Below, one piece after another: positions 32,520 through 34,216 of a DNA stretch of 34,216 nucleotides (position 1 is its first letter; each line of letters begins with the position of its first letter). A program made the translations under genes and the position numbers. The notes beneath the pieces are model-generated. The model ran no database searches and was not told the DNA's origin. It saw only the letters and a program-made list of their open reading frames with translations. This DNA comes from Hydrolagus affinis (lineage: Eukaryota): positions 1 to 34,216 of the forward strand of contig JAAILG010006217.1 in NCBI GenBank assembly GCA_012026655.1, given 5' to 3'.

Positions 32520-33060
32520 TCCTTCATCCCCCACATCCGCACCATCCATCACCTCCGCAACATTGCCAGACTCCGCCACTGCCTCGCCGCTCAGGCTGCC
32601 GAAATCCTTGTCCACGCATTCGTCATATTAAGGCTCAACTATGGAAACTCCCTCCTCGTCAGCCTTCCCGGCTCTTCTCTTCATAAGCTGCAGTTCACCA
32701 TATCGCTCCCACCCTTGCCCGGTTCCACTGGCTCCCCATCTCCCAGAGGATCGAATTCAAGATCCTCATCCTCACTTTCAAGACATTCACAGCCTTGCCC
32801 CCTCCTATCTCGCCAACCTGCTGTCTCCCTATGAACCTGTCTGCCCCCTCAGTTCAGCAGGCTCCGGTCTGCTCCATGTCCCCTACCCCGACCTGCCCTA
32901 CCATCTGTGGATGGGCTTTCTCTGCCCCCACACACTGGAACTCCATTCCACAGTACCTTTGCATTGCTTCCTCCCTTGCTTCCTTCAAGGACGCTGTTGC
33001 TGCCCTCCCAACTGCCCTCTGCTGCCCTCACAACTCTCTCCCTCCCCTCCTAACTCTCTC
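32520..33060 (+). mobile_element. Degraded L2 ORF2 C-terminal fragment
   Basis: HLRNIARLRHCL...AEILVHAFVILRLNYGNSLL...; paralogous to 6800-7310 with frameshifts. Confidence 0.8.
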
Positions 33061-33474
33061 CCCACCCCAGCCCTACCGTGTACACCCCACTTGCTCAGGT
33101 CCCGACCTGACAGTTCAGCTCCTTAGGACATCCTCTCAGCTGCTCATCTGATTAGAATGCACAATGCAATCCACTGCTATGTAAATAGCTGAAGTGAGCA
33201 GTAATTCTGTCATTCAGTAAGAGGAGTTCAAAGAGTTATAGACAAGGACTTCACAACTGTGTCGCTTTATAGGTACCAGCTAAACATTGAGTTGAGATTA
33301 CAGCCTTTCACTCTTCCCCCGTGTTTCATTGTAATTGCCCTGTGGCCTGAGTCAGAGAAAGGGCAAACTGAAAGCAGAGCGAGCAAAATACGGATTAAAG
33401 ATCGGCAGATTGTAACCACAGACAATGCAATCACACCATTCACATAGGCTTCAATAACAGCAAGGGAAGTTATA

Positions 33475-34081
33475 TTTAAGATGATACTAAGCTAGGAAAT
33501 GTAGTAAATGGTGAGCAGGTTAGCGCCAGACTCCAAGAAGACTCAGACAGATTGATAAAATGGGCAGAAATGTGGCAGATGAAGTTTAATGTGGAGAAAT
33601 GCAAAGTGATGCATTTTGGTAGGAAGAAGCAGAGGCAGTATAAGCCAAATGGCACAATTTTAAAGGGGGTAAATGAACAGAGAGACCTGTGGGGTCCATG
33701 TAAGCAAATCTCTGAAGGTGGCAGGACAGGTAAATAAAACTGTTAAAAAAAACATACCGCTTATGTGATGTCACTAGGACACTTACAAACGGATGTGATA
33801 TTAGATCTGTCATAAGAGAGTTTACTACATTACCTAGCTTCTGACTGAAGATGGACTTAATATTTGTACAAGATAATTTAGACCATAACAAACTGTTTTA
33901 TTTCGTACTGAACAGCCTGTGATTGAAGGTGGTAGGGAGGTCAATTCAGGACAAATCTGCAGAACCACTACTTCAGTGTGAGTGGTAAATGTATGGAATA
34001 GGCTTCCGAAGGGAGGGGGTGGAAAGAGAAGGTGTTGATTCTTTCAAGAATAAATTAAGATTGATTTCTGTTAGGATATAA
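33475..34081 (+). mobile_element. Degraded CR1 ORF2 fragments
   Basis: WAEMWQMKFNVEKCKVMHFG at 33552-33620; GTGGTAAATGTATGGAATAGGCTTCC near 33980. Confidence 0.75.
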
Positions 34082-34216
34082 TAGGGGACGTCGATATGGA
34101 TATTTTCCCGATTAAATATATCGATGGGCTCATATCGAGATATACCGAAATATCGATTTTTTTCGTACTGCGCATGCGCGCGCATTCCGGGTGCGCGCGC
34201 ATCCCGGGTGCGCGCG
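34082..34216. mobile_element. Start of a hAT-like non-autonomous DNA transposon, truncated by the window edge
   Basis: Begins TAGGGGACGTCGATAT and interrupts a CR1. CpG-dense ATATCG motifs as at 1-138, then a GC-rich tandem repeat. Confidence 0.55.

Noticed and set aside
1-34216. Both window edges as one element (circular molecule) or as a composite transposon enclosing the window
   Set aside because: The termini face outward, so the elements lie outside the interval. The flanks ATGGCACC (139-146) and GGATATAA (34074-34081) are not a TSD, and the terminal sequences differ beyond TAGGG.

Overview
Eukaryotic, vertebrate genomic DNA. The repeat complement (Deu-domain SINEs, CR1 with octamer tails, L2, a Penelope-type end) suggests a cartilaginous fish, possibly a chimaera; this is inference. 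The only host gene I can support is CD276 (B7-H3) on the minus strand. It has one IgV exon (17571-17921) and one IgC exon (15485-15781), both with canonical AG/GT phase-1 boundaries. I could not identify the signal-peptide, transmembrane or cytoplasmic exons. The TM exon may lie in the 135-N assembly gap (14159-14293). Most remaining recognisable sequence is transposon-derived: many copies of a tRNA-headed, L2-tailed SINE family in long, short and mini forms, Deu-type SINEs, L2 and CR1 LINE fragments (several nested with target-site duplications), a Tigger/pogo deletion derivative, a hAT-Charlie element, CpG-rich hAT-like ends at both window edges, and microsatellites. I find no CRISPR array, rRNA or credible true tRNA gene, and no clear novel multi-gene system. 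The most notable signals are a degenerate hammerhead-ribozyme motif in a Penelope-like end, an apparently mosaic SINE deletion series, a covarying 3' stem-loop shared by four retroelement tails, and direct and inverted repeats around the IgV exon. Repeat boundaries were read by eye and are approximate unless a TIR, TSD or splice site is quoted.
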